Source: Candidatus Aenigmatarchaeota archaeon (GTDB taxonomy: Archaea; Aenigmatarchaeota; Aenigmatarchaeia; QMZP01; QMZT01). Taken from it: DNA of 64,000 bases. The notes below the pieces were generated by a model that did no database searches, was not told where the DNA came from, and saw only the letters and a program-made list of their open reading frames with translations. Below are positions 33,370 through 42,671 of the stretch, piece by piece (within the stretch, counting starts at the first letter, position 1; each line of letters begins with the position of its first letter). The DNA lies in contig CAVSBQ010000002.1 of the NCBI GenBank assembly GCA_963726265.1, positions 160,001 to 224,000 of the forward strand, given 5' to 3'. The translations under genes and the position numbers were made by a program.

Positions 33370-35382
33370 ATGGCCAAGGCGAAAATGACAAGGGAAGAAA
33401 CGCTGGAAAAGTTCAACAAGTTCATGGACGAGTTCTACACGAAAGAGCTCGCGAAGGCTGCGAATGACGGCAAGCCGCTTGTCATCGACTTCGCCAACCT
33501 GGACAAGTTCAATGCCGACCTTTCCGACATGCTGCTCAACCACCCGAACGCCTTCATGGAGCTTACGGGCGAGGCGCTGGGCCAGATGGACCTCGCCAAC
33601 ACCGTAAAGCTCAAGTTCCAGATGAGCGAACCGTTCAACATACGCGACCTGCGCTCCAGACACATAGGCAAGTTCATGTGCATCGAGGGCATCGTGAGGC
33701 GCTCCAGCGAGATAAGGCCTGAGATAACGGAAACGACCTGGCAGTGCCCGGACTGCGGCGAGATATTCCCCCAGCCGAGGAAGGCGAACTTCATCGCCGA
33801 GCCTTACCAATGCCCGAAATGCAGGAACAAGAACGGGCTAAAACAGATAGACAAGAAGATGATAGATACGCGATGGATAACGATAGACGAGCCCTTCGAG
33901 CTCACGGAAGGCGAGAGGCCGTCGCAACTCAATATTTTCCTCACGGAGGACCTGGTCTCGCCTGAGGGCAGGCGCATGACGGACCCGGGGAACCGCATAA
34001 GGATAAGCGGCGTCCTGCGCGAGATGCCCAAAGTCAAGTCCATGGTGAAACTTGACTTTTATTTTGACGCCAATCACGTCGAGCCGACCGAGATAGGCTG
34101 GAGGCAGATGGAGGTGACGAAGGAGGACGAAGAAAAGATAAAGGAATTCGCAAAAGATCCCATCATTTACGAGAAGCTCGTCGATTCCATCGCACCGTCG
34201 CTTTACGGCATGCGCGAGATAAAGGAATCCATCGTCCTGCAGATGTTCGGTGGGGTTCCTCGCACGCTGAAGGACGGGACTAAGTTCAGGGGTGACATAC
34301 ACCTCCTGCTCATAGGCGACCCGTCATCCGGTAAATCGCAGCTGATGAAGCTCATCCCCCAGATAGTCCCGCGCGGCAAGTATGTTTCCGGTAAAGGCGT
34401 CACAGGCGCCGGTCTTACCGCAACCGTCGTTAAGGACGAGCAGTTCATGGGCGGATGGGTGCTCGAGGCAGGAGCGCTTGTCCTGACCAACGGCGGGCTG
34501 CTCGCGATCGACGAATTTGAGAAGATGTCGCAGGACGACCAGGTCGCCATGCACGAGGCGCTCGAACAGGGAACGATATCGATAGCGAAGGCTTCGATAG
34601 TCGCGACGCTGCCTGCCCAGACTTCGGTGCTCGCGGGCGGCAACCCGAAGTTCTCGAGGTTCGACCCTTACATGCCCATAGCGAAGCAGATAAACATCCC
34701 GGATACCCTGCTCACGCGTTTCGACCTCAAGTTCGCGCTGAGGGACGTGCCTGACGCCGAGATGGACAGGAAGATAGTGGAGCACGTTCTCAAATCGAGG
34801 GAACATGATTTCGAGACGACCAAGCCGCTCATAGATCCCGCCTTCATAAGGAAATACGTGGCCTATGCGAAGAAACACTACACCCCCGTCCTTACCACGG
34901 AGACGGGCAAGACGCTGAGGAAGTTCTACATAAACATGAGGAAGCGCGCGGAAGAGCGCGGCGGCGCAGGCGGGCCAATCCCCATAACGCTTCGCCAGTT
35001 CGAGGCACTCATCCGTCTTTCCGAGGCGTCGGCGCGCATCCAGCTCAGCAACGAAATACGCAAGGAAGACACGCAGCGCGCGATAAGGCTCATGCGCTTC
35101 TCGCTGGAGCAGCTCGGCCTCGACACGAAAACCGGCGAGATCGACATAGACAGGGCGGAAGGCGCGACGACGACGTCGAGCGACAGGTCGAAGATAAGAA
35201 TCGTCTTGGACATAATCAGGGAGCTTTCCGAGAAGTCGAAGGAGGTCCCTGTCGCAGAGATACACAAGCTCGCGCTGAAGGGAGGGCTTGAAAGCGACGA
35301 CGAGGTCGATGACGTTATAGAGAAGCTCAAGCGCGAGGGCCTGCTGTTCGAGCCCAGCCCCAACTACGTGCAGAAGGTTTAA
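33370..35382 (+). CDS. mcm: MCM replicative helicase
   Basis: Zn finger CPDC..CPKC, GDPSSGKSQ, IDEFEKM, LLTRFD and TLRQFE motifs. Confidence 0.96.
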   Translation: MAKAKMTREETLEKFNKFMDEFYTKELAKAANDGKPLVIDFANLDKFNADLSDMLLNHPNAFMELTGEALGQMDLANTVKLKFQMSEPFNIRDLRSRHIGKFMCIEGIVRRSSEIRPEITETTWQCPDCGEIFPQPRKANFIAEPYQCPKCRNKNGLKQIDKKMIDTRWITIDEPFELTEGERPSQLNIFLTEDLVSPEGRRMTDPGNRIRISGVLREMPKVKSMVKLDFYFDANHVEPTEIGWRQMEVTKEDEEKIKEFAKDPIIYEKLVDSIAPSLYGMREIKESIVLQMFGGVPRTLKDGTKFRGDIHLLLIGDPSSGKSQLMKLIPQIVPRGKYVSGKGVTGAGLTATVVKDEQFMGGWVLEAGALVLTNGGLLAIDEFEKMSQDDQVAMHEALEQGTISIAKASIVATLPAQTSVLAGGNPKFSRFDPYMPIAKQINIPDTLLTRFDLKFALRDVPDAEMDRKIVEHVLKSREHDFETTKPLIDPAFIRKYVAYAKKHYTPVLTTETGKTLRKFYINMRKRAEERGGAGGPIPITLRQFEALIRLSEASARIQLSNEIRKEDTQRAIRLMRFSLEQLGLDTKTGEIDIDRAEGATTTSSDRSKIRIVLDIIRELSEKSKEVPVAEIHKLALKGGLESDDEVDDVIEKLKREGLLFEPSPNYVQKV

Positions 35383-35439
35383 AAATTAGTTTCTTTTAAG
35401 TGGTGAATATAATATAAATGTATTTGCCATAGAATAAGC

Positions 35440-36150
35440 ATGGCAAAGGTGGATAAGATATTCTATCTAACTCCCGGTACTGAAACTTTAGTTCATTATT
35501 TGAGCCAGGGCGTTCTAGAGTGCATGAAATTTGTCCCTGTCAAAATTTTTTATGGAGATTTGAGAGATCCGCTACATCGCATACAGATAGATGACGAAAA
35601 CGCTGTGCTGATATGGGGTGACGGGTATGACCACGGCATAACATATTTTTTCAGGCCCAGCGTCCCTTATCGCAAATCAGTCGACGACGCACACGGAGAT
35701 GCCGTCTTTTTCAGGAAAGGCCATAAGGTGGGCATGACAAATCACAATAATGCGCTCGCGGTTCTTGACCCAAACCTGATTGAACTGGAGGTTCTCGGAG
35801 TAAAGGAGCCGGGCCCAGACCGCATGTCTCCAGAGACGTTCTCAGTTAACGGCAAGGTCATAAGATTTTCTGACAAACTGAAAACCGGCTTCCTGCCACC
35901 GAAGGCGGGGATAGTCCACAAAAGCATAGATTTGGACGTCATAAAGGATTATTCGTGCTGTTATGCGTTTGACCGAGGCGAAAGCTCTTACGAAGATGTC
36001 AGGAGGTCTTTTGAAGAAGTTCTTGCAAACAACAGAGTTGTAAGATTCGATATAGGCGGGCTGGATGTTTACCAAGGAGTCAGGCAAAAAATCATGGATG
36101 GGATTAAAATCTACAGTGATTTGATAGAGCTTTATCTTGACAGCGCATAA
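35440..36150 (+). CDS. Divergent arginase/ureohydrolase-fold protein
   Basis: GDGYDH, DDAHGD and HKSIDLDV resemble the DAHxD and SxDxD metal-binding motifs. Confidence 0.6.
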   Translation: MAKVDKIFYLTPGTETLVHYLSQGVLECMKFVPVKIFYGDLRDPLHRIQIDDENAVLIWGDGYDHGITYFFRPSVPYRKSVDDAHGDAVFFRKGHKVGMTNHNNALAVLDPNLIELEVLGVKEPGPDRMSPETFSVNGKVIRFSDKLKTGFLPPKAGIVHKSIDLDVIKDYSCCYAFDRGESSYEDVRRSFEEVLANNRVVRFDIGGLDVYQGVRQKIMDGIKIYSDLIELYLDSA

Positions 36151-36210
36151 GGCGCTTTTATCTGATGTCCAGTAATCAACAATTTATACGTTTCAATCCA
36201 ATTACTTCTC

Positions 36211-36525
36211 ATGAACTGCCCCAAATGCGACGGAGGAGCTTACGTCTCGGAGGAAGAAGTGGTGAACGTCCTGGAGAACACGCTGCCCGTCAAGGTCATC
36301 CTCAAGGTCACCTACGTCTGCAAGTCGTGCAGCGAGCGCTTCTCGAGGGTCTTCTGGGAGGACGTGGAAGCGGCGAGGAAGAGGACTGAAGCAAAGGACA
36401 GGAAGGCCAGAGACTGGAGGCCATCGCCGGGCATGCCGACGAGCGAGTTCTCTGCCGGGTCTGAGGTTCAGTCGTCCGGCAACATCGAGGTCAAGGACAA
36501 GCTGAAGTTCCTCGACGACATCTAG
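36211..36525 (+). CDS. Small zinc-finger protein
   Basis: CPKC...CKSC pairs; codon usage typical of the host. Confidence 0.75.
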   Translation: MNCPKCDGGAYVSEEEVVNVLENTLPVKVILKVTYVCKSCSERFSRVFWEDVEAARKRTEAKDRKARDWRPSPGMPTSEFSAGSEVQSSGNIEVKDKLKFLDDI

Positions 36526-36868
36526 AACGAAACCTAGGTAGTGCGGATGGATGATAAGTGAATCGTTCGCCCCACATGTCTTTATACGCCTTATCCCTTT
36601 CCGTTTCTCCTAAAACAGGCGCGCCTTCAACTAGGGCACCATTGTTTAGTGGAAGCGTAGCACGAACACCGCTGTTTTCGTAACACCATGGCCCCTCAGG
36701 ATCTCTTTCCAGAAAAAGTCCGATGGCTTTAACATAAACTCTCCATTTTCCATCAAAATCATCTACTTTCGGCAGCTCGTCCACGGACGGTCCACACCCA
36801 TACGGGCCAAAGCCATTGCCTCCCGTGTGCTTTCCACTGCCCCTCGCATGCCTTCCATTGTCTCCCAT
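36491..36868 (-). CDS. Hypothetical protein
   Basis: GGGGTGA element before the ATG and an upstream TATA-like box; no recognisable motif. Confidence 0.45.
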   Translation of the reverse strand: MGDNGRHARGSGKHTGGNGFGPYGCGPSVDELPKVDDFDGKWRVYVKAIGLFLERDPEGPWCYENSGVRATLPLNNGALVEGAPVLGETERDKAYKDMWGERFTYHPSALPRFRSRCRRGTSACP

Positions 36869-37185
36869 ATGCTCTCACCCCTTTCATAGCGGAATTCTTG
36901 GAGAAGGAGATGCGATTCCCGGGCCCGCGAAGGCCCTGAAGCGACCCACACATAGTATATCAGCAAACATATAAATAGTTTCGCCGCTATCGGTTTAGGT
37001 AGAAAAAGCTGACCATGCTTTTCGCCCTTAAAATGCTCCTTGGGCTGAGGAGGAAGCAAAAAAGAACCCTTCAATAATTGTTTTGGGATGTTTATATTGA
37101 TTTCTATCCTGCAAGAATTATTTTCCAAAAAATATTTTCAGGCCGTAATTTGCCTGTTAGCCTTGCCTGTCAGTTTACCTGTTAG

Positions 37186-38013
37186 CTACCGGACCTTCAT
37201 GTCCATGCAGAACTTGAGGGTTTTCGGCCCGTATTCCGAGACCTTCGCTATCTTGACGCCCGTTACCTTCCTCTTCTGAGAGCGTATGTCGACGTCGGCG
37301 ATTTCCTTTATGTCGTCCAGCGCCTCTGCGGATGACCAGAAATAATAGTGTATCACGCCGCCCTTCTTCTTCAAGCATTTGGCGGCGAGCTTCAGGTATT
37401 CGTATGCTCCTTTTGGCAAAGGCATGACGACCCTGTCGCATGCGCCGAAATGCTTCGTGCATTCGGCTTCGACGTCGCCAAGAAGGGGGATGATCTTGTC
37501 GCCGGCCTTGTTTATCCTGACGTTCTCAACCATGTATTTGTAGGCGTCGGGATTCAGCTCGACCGCGTAAATCTTCTTCACTTTAGGCTGGCGCTTCGCG
37601 ATGGCAATCGCGTACGGACCGGCGCCCGCGAACATGACCATGACCGTCTCGCCTGTTCTGACCTGTTTCGCTATCCTTTGCCGCTCGTTCGCTTCGCGCG
37701 GCGAAAAATAGACTCTCCTCACATCCAGGCGGATGCGGTAGCCGTTCTCCTTGTGCTCCGTTTCTCTTTCATCGCCGTAAAGCAGCTTCATCTCGCGCAG
37801 GCGGTATGCGCCCTTGCGCTCGCTGCCCTTGCTGTAGACCGTTTTCACGCGCGGGTGGATCTCGAGCAGGGCGTCGACTATGTCGCGCTCCCTGTGCGCA
37901 AGCTCGTCGGGAATCTCGACTATCGCTATGTCCCCGACGATGTCGAACGAGCCTTTCAGCAGCCTGAGCTCATGCTCCGGCAGGCGCCTTTCGAGCAGCT
38001 CCCTCATGTCCAT
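37186..38013 (-). CDS. Trm5/Taw2-family SAM-dependent tRNA modification enzyme
   Basis: FDIVGDIA, HKENG, VYFSPR..ER, MFAGAGPY, ELNPDA and DRVVMPLP motifs. Confidence 0.9.
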   Translation of the reverse strand: MDMRELLERRLPEHELRLLKGSFDIVGDIAIVEIPDELAHRERDIVDALLEIHPRVKTVYSKGSERKGAYRLREMKLLYGDERETEHKENGYRIRLDVRRVYFSPREANERQRIAKQVRTGETVMVMFAGAGPYAIAIAKRQPKVKKIYAVELNPDAYKYMVENVRINKAGDKIIPLLGDVEAECTKHFGACDRVVMPLPKGAYEYLKLAAKCLKKKGGVIHYYFWSSAEALDDIKEIADVDIRSQKRKVTGVKIAKVSEYGPKTLKFCMDMKVR

Positions 38014-38103
38014 ACTTAATAGTGTGCGGTTTCCTATAAAAATTTGAAGAAGTTATTAAAGTCCCGCGGAATAAGAATACTATCTGATGGAGCGGTTGGG
38101 AAA

Positions 38104-38733
38104 ATGCGGAAACTGGACATCGAAACGGAGCGTGATTTCAGGGGCGATCTCAGAAGCGACATCAGCCTCGAGATGCTCAGCGAGGCGTTCCTGAAGGAGC
38201 TTGAAAAGGTAAGGCAGCTCGTGGACGACTCTGAATTCGAAGATGAGCCCGCGGATGACGAAAATGGCGACGATTCCGAATACTCGGAGGTCTACGGCGG
38301 GGACAAGGGCGACCTGAAAAAATACCAGGAGAAGTTCATGGCATACGCCGAGAAGCTGAAACAGGCCGTCGAGCAGCTCTACGGCGAGAAGCATGCGAAG
38401 GAGAGCGCCAATGAAAAGACAGAAAAGGCGACCGAGGAACAGATGAAAACGCCGTGGGAGCGCGGGCATAAGCTCGGCTGCGGCTGCCCTGGATGCAGCG
38501 CGTACCGAGAGTTCCACGGCATAAGGCTCGACGGGAAAAACCAGGGCTACATGGGCGGTGCCATGGCGATGAGGACGGCAGAGGGAAAGAAGGAGACGTC
38601 AAAATACGAGGAGGCGTCTTCGAAGCCGTGCGGAGGCAAGCTTTACCACCATTTCCACGGCGAGCGCGCCGAACTGAGGAACGTGTTCGGCCAGCAGACC
38701 AAGAGATTCAACTTCGGCCGCGCCGGGTATTAA
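38104..38733 (+). CDS. Hypothetical acidic protein with an H..GCGCPGC motif
   Basis: Long ORF with host-like codon usage. Confidence 0.65.
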   Translation: MRKLDIETERDFRGDLRSDISLEMLSEAFLKELEKVRQLVDDSEFEDEPADDENGDDSEYSEVYGGDKGDLKKYQEKFMAYAEKLKQAVEQLYGEKHAKESANEKTEKATEEQMKTPWERGHKLGCGCPGCSAYREFHGIRLDGKNQGYMGGAMAMRTAEGKKETSKYEEASSKPCGGKLYHHFHGERAELRNVFGQQTKRFNFGRAGY

Positions 38734-38779
38734 TCTTAATAACCAACACTAATTAATAGGAATTAATAATAATTGTGAT

Positions 38780-39976
38780 GTGATTACAGTGCTTGAACTG
38801 AAATTCGATGCTGAAAGAGGCGTGTGGGCCGACGCGGCCGAAACAGTGGAAAAACTGGCGAGCGATTTCTTCGGCGACAGGGAGAAGGACGTCGTAAAGC
38901 TCATGCCGGAGGAGGCGCTCTACCTCATGCTCTTCAGGAACGCGGTCGTGCACGACGGCGGCAGGGATATGAACTTCAACGACGTCGCAGGCCATTTCGT
39001 GAAGAAGGAGCCAAGGCTTTTCATCCGCTATAACGCCTACCGCGACTGGCGCGATCGAGGCCTTGTCATCAGGAGATTCCGCCTGAACATACAGGGCAAG
39101 CACTCCAAGAAGACGTACAAGAAATACCCTGCGCAGAAGTTCAGCGGCGACAAGATAAAGGCGAAGGCATTCTGGTATCCCGACTCATTGTTTTCCGTCC
39201 TCGACAACGAAGAAGCCGGCAGACAGCTGTTCGAAAGGTTCTGGCTCGGGCAATACGGCGTCTACAAGCAGGAGAGGGGGCAGCAGTCGAAGCTCGACTT
39301 CTTCGAGACCATTTTCATAGCCAAGCATCTCGGCGCCGAGATAATCAACAGCGAGAGCGGGAAGCGGATGACATACCAGGAGGTCGTGAAGGAGGTCGTC
39401 ACCAGACGCGAATACGCGAAGCAGCTGTACGACGTCTACGAGGACTGGCGCATGAAGGCATACGTGGTCAAGACCGGCTTCAAGTTCGGCTCGCACTTCA
39501 GGATTTACTTCCCGGGCGCTTCGCCTGTGAAGGAGGACGAGTGGATACATTCGAGGCACGTTCTCCACGTCTTCCCCAAGGAGCAGAAGCTGCTGATTTC
39601 GGAATGGTCGCGCGCCGTCCGCGTGGCGCATGGCGTCAAGAAGACGTTCATCCTCGGCGTGCCGGAGCTGACGAAGGACGACTACATCGACCTCCCTGTG
39701 GACTTCGTGGCCTACAGGAGGAAGAAGGGCGCGGGCGCATGGGTGCGCGAAACCCCGAAGGACAAGCCGAGATACATGCTCATCGCCGTATCGGAAGACG
39801 AGCACATCGGAGGCGTGGAACTCGCGTCGCTCCTTAACAAGGCGAAGGAGATGGGTCTCAATCTCCTTCTTTCGATCACGGACAGGGAAACCAGCATAAC
39901 CTATTACGAACTGAAGAAGATAATCCTGCCCAAGTCCAAATACGAATACTACGAGATAGAATGGTTCAAGCCGTGA
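38780..39976 (+). CDS. endA: tRNA splicing endonuclease with three-unit (epsilon-2-like) architecture
   Basis: LMPEEALYL..YRDWRDRG unit; catalytic unit VVKTGFKFGSHFRIY..HS..RVAHGVKK; C-terminal beta-like unit; 398 aa. Confidence 0.92.
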   Translation: MITVLELKFDAERGVWADAAETVEKLASDFFGDREKDVVKLMPEEALYLMLFRNAVVHDGGRDMNFNDVAGHFVKKEPRLFIRYNAYRDWRDRGLVIRRFRLNIQGKHSKKTYKKYPAQKFSGDKIKAKAFWYPDSLFSVLDNEEAGRQLFERFWLGQYGVYKQERGQQSKLDFFETIFIAKHLGAEIINSESGKRMTYQEVVKEVVTRREYAKQLYDVYEDWRMKAYVVKTGFKFGSHFRIYFPGASPVKEDEWIHSRHVLHVFPKEQKLLISEWSRAVRVAHGVKKTFILGVPELTKDDYIDLPVDFVAYRRKKGAGAWVRETPKDKPRYMLIAVSEDEHIGGVELASLLNKAKEMGLNLLLSITDRETSITYYELKKIILPKSKYEYYEIEWFKP

Positions 39977-39984
39977 GAGGACGG

Positions 39985-40332
39985 ATGTCTATGGCCCTGT
40001 TTGACCAGAATCTTCTCATTTATGCGATATACGTGTTTATAGGCTTCGTAGCCGGCAGGATACTTACGGCAGTCGAATACGCGGTCCTCAAGTCCAAGCA
40101 CGAAAGCTACAAAATCCTCAATGTCAGCGAAAGGTTTTCCCACTCTTTCAGCACTGCGAAAAGCCCGCCGGTTCCGCTCGATATCTCGCATGAGGTTTCC
40201 GGCAGCTCCGGAAGCTTCTACGTGCTCGACCCCAATTACTACAGGGAGCTTACGCCGCAGGAGACGGCCGCCAAATATTACATCGAGATGGAAAAAAGGC
40301 ACGCAGCCCATGCGTTCAAAAAAACGGCCTGA
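39985..40332 (+). CDS. Hypothetical protein with an N-terminal TM segment
   Basis: Hydrophobic N-terminus. Confidence 0.55.
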   Translation: MSMALFDQNLLIYAIYVFIGFVAGRILTAVEYAVLKSKHESYKILNVSERFSHSFSTAKSPPVPLDISHEVSGSSGSFYVLDPNYYRELTPQETAAKYYIEMEKRHAAHAFKKTA

Positions 40333-40388
40333 TAAAACGGGCGCTGCATTGCTTGCATGTTTTTAAAACCATCCGCGAAATAAATAGC

Positions 40389-40970
40389 ATGAAATTCGGA
40401 CTGCAAACCCTTACTGGCGGACTCGTGAAGGCTAAAGTGGATGAGCACCACCACACATCGCTTACCAAGCCATCCGTCAGCGAGATATCCATTTTCGAGG
40501 GCCATCTGAAAAGCCTGCATCCCAAGGCGGACACGAGCGTCCTCATACTCGGCTCCAGCCCGGAGCTGCGCGAGCTTGCGGCCAAGATGAAAGTCAAGGC
40601 GACCGTCATCGCGAACGACCTGGAAGTCATAGAGAGGACCGCCGTCCAGATGAAAAAGCGGAACAAGAACGAGCACTGGCTCGAGGGCACCATCATATCG
40701 CTTCCGCTGCAGAAGAACAGCTTCGACGTCATCTTCAGCGACCACGTTGTAGCCAGCATCTCGCCTTTCAACAAGGATGACTTCTACGTGAGAATGAAGG
40801 AAATCCTCAAGGACGACGGCTTTGTCGTCCTGCGCTCAATGGTGCTGAAGAAGACTGAAAAGCCGTTCGAAAACAGGGTAACCAAATACTTCACCATAGT
40901 CGAGAAGAAGTTCGGCAAGGAAGGCGTTTTCTCGAACTACTTCCCGATATACCTGATGAGGCCGAAGTGA
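40389..40970 (+). CDS. Class I SAM-dependent methyltransferase-like protein
   Basis: VLILGSSPE, LPLQKNSFDVIFSD and LKDDG motifs. Confidence 0.7.
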   Translation: MKFGLQTLTGGLVKAKVDEHHHTSLTKPSVSEISIFEGHLKSLHPKADTSVLILGSSPELRELAAKMKVKATVIANDLEVIERTAVQMKKRNKNEHWLEGTIISLPLQKNSFDVIFSDHVVASISPFNKDDFYVRMKEILKDDGFVVLRSMVLKKTEKPFENRVTKYFTIVEKKFGKEGVFSNYFPIYLMRPK

Positions 40971-40979
40971 ACGCGCCTT

Positions 40980-41690
40980 CTAGAAAAACAGCACCACGAG
41001 AACCGCCAGGACCATCATGTTGCCGAAGTCGGCGACTGACGTCGTTATCGGGATGAGGAAGTTGTTAGGATCCTCGCCTTTTTTGTAGAAATGAATGCCT
41101 GCGACGACCGCTATGACGAACAGCGCGCTCACGAGCACGAGCACGTCGGCGACGACTAGGAACAGAATCCTGAATATGAGCGAGGCGTCGACCGCGTATT
41201 CCGAAAACGAGGCAATCACGAGCGCAACGCTCGAGCTGAAGAGGGCGGTAAGGAAGGCGATGAATATGAGCTGCAAAAACAGCTTCCGCAACTCTAAATT
41301 CTTCCACCATGCGCTTTTTATTTTCCCCTCGTACAGCAACGTGGAGAATTTGGACGAGATAACCGTTCCGTAATTGCCTATCATGTCGTTGAGGACGGGA
41401 AGCAGTATGAGCAGCGGGATTATGGAAACGAAAAGCGTCTTTATGTTTTCCAAAGCGAGGCCGCCAAAGGAACTTATGAGCGAGGCGAGCAGGAGGATGC
41501 GTATGCTCTCCCTGATTATCGTCCTGGGCACGTTGGAATGAGGACCATACTCCTTGACGTAGAACAGCGTCTTCTTGGAAATGTTGTGCTTCTTGTGTAT
41601 CGTGTGTATGAGCGGGTGATAGTGCTTCCTCTTGAGTTTCTGCAGCTTCTTCAGATGCCTGTGCGCGGGATGATGCTTGATCCGTGTCAT
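40980..41690 (-). CDS. MgtE-like divalent cation transporter membrane domain
   Basis: PVLNDMIGNYG and DPNNFLIPITTSVAD motifs; His/Lys-rich N-terminus. Confidence 0.85.
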   Translation of the reverse strand: MTRIKHHPAHRHLKKLQKLKRKHYHPLIHTIHKKHNISKKTLFYVKEYGPHSNVPRTIIRESIRILLLASLISSFGGLALENIKTLFVSIIPLLILLPVLNDMIGNYGTVISSKFSTLLYEGKIKSAWWKNLELRKLFLQLIFIAFLTALFSSSVALVIASFSEYAVDASLIFRILFLVVADVLVLVSALFVIAVVAGIHFYKKGEDPNNFLIPITTSVADFGNMMVLAVLVVLFF

Positions 41691-42229
41691 ATTATCACCA
41701 GGGCGATGAGCAGCGAAACGATGCTGCTTATGTCGCCGGTCGACGTGACAAACGTGCCCATTATGTTGTTGGGGTCGTGGCCTTTCCTGAAGAGGTAAAG
41801 GGTCATGAAAAGCGTGAGCGGGATTTCGATCGCATTGGCGATTATCCCGGCGATGACGGGGAGGATGATTATTTGCAGGGTATATATCCCGAAAACGAAA
41901 AGGCTGAAGAGGAAGGCAATGGAGCCGAGGACGAACGTGAGAACAATGACCATGAGGAACGACGCGATGAGGTTGCCCCTGGTTATCCTCGTGTTGTATT
42001 TGTCCGGCCTGACCACTCCGAGGAACATCCCGGAACTGAGGCGGCACGCCATCGAGCCGCTTATGTTGCCCCTCATTTCAAGAAAACCCGGAAGAAGTAT
42101 GAGCATGCCAGGTATGAGCAGTATCTTGCCCGTGCATATGGCGAGGATGGTCCCCGCCACAAGGTCTATGAGCACGCACAACATCTGGGACGACAATATC
42201 TCCCCGAAGTTCCTGTCAAAGAACCCCAT
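41687..42229 (-). CDS. MgtE-like divalent cation transporter membrane domain
   Basis: PGFLEMRGNISG and DPNNIMGTFVTSTGD motifs. Confidence 0.85.
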   Translation of the reverse strand: MGFFDRNFGEILSSQMLCVLIDLVAGTILAICTGKILLIPGMLILLPGFLEMRGNISGSMACRLSSGMFLGVVRPDKYNTRITRGNLIASFLMVIVLTFVLGSIAFLFSLFVFGIYTLQIIILPVIAGIIANAIEIPLTLFMTLYLFRKGHDPNNIMGTFVTSTGDISSIVSLLIALVII

Positions 42230-42287
42230 AATATTATTTTAGAACCATTCTCAATATAATATTAATAAATTCAACTGGAGGTTGGCA

Positions 42288-42551
42288 ATGAAAGAGTTTA
42301 AAGGCATAAAGGAAGTCAAGCATGTCAGCACGGTGATGGAAGAGGTCAAGAAGCAGTCGCTTTCGCTGGTGACTGCGGCGTTCGGTTTCGTGGCGGCGCT
42401 GGTATGGAAGGACGCGATAACGGCATGGATGGCGCCTCTTTACCAGAGCGCGAACGGCGCCATGAGCCTGACCATCGCAGCGTTTGTCGTGACCATCGTC
42501 GTCGTAATCGTGACCATCGTCCTGGCAAAGCTGTTCGCTCCGAAGAAATAA
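42288..42551 (+). CDS. Small 2-TM protein (DUF5654-like)
   Basis: LVTAAFGFVAALVWKDAI pattern. Confidence 0.75.
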   Translation: MKEFKGIKEVKHVSTVMEEVKKQSLSLVTAAFGFVAALVWKDAITAWMAPLYQSANGAMSLTIAAFVVTIVVVIVTIVLAKLFAPKK

Positions 42552-42671
42552 CGGCAATCAAGCGGGCATTATATGCAGGGAAGCTTGGCTGGATACTGCT
42601 TATTCTGAATTTTCAATTCCAAGTAGCCAAAATTCAAAATCAATTTTATTAGGTCCTGACAAATATTAAGC

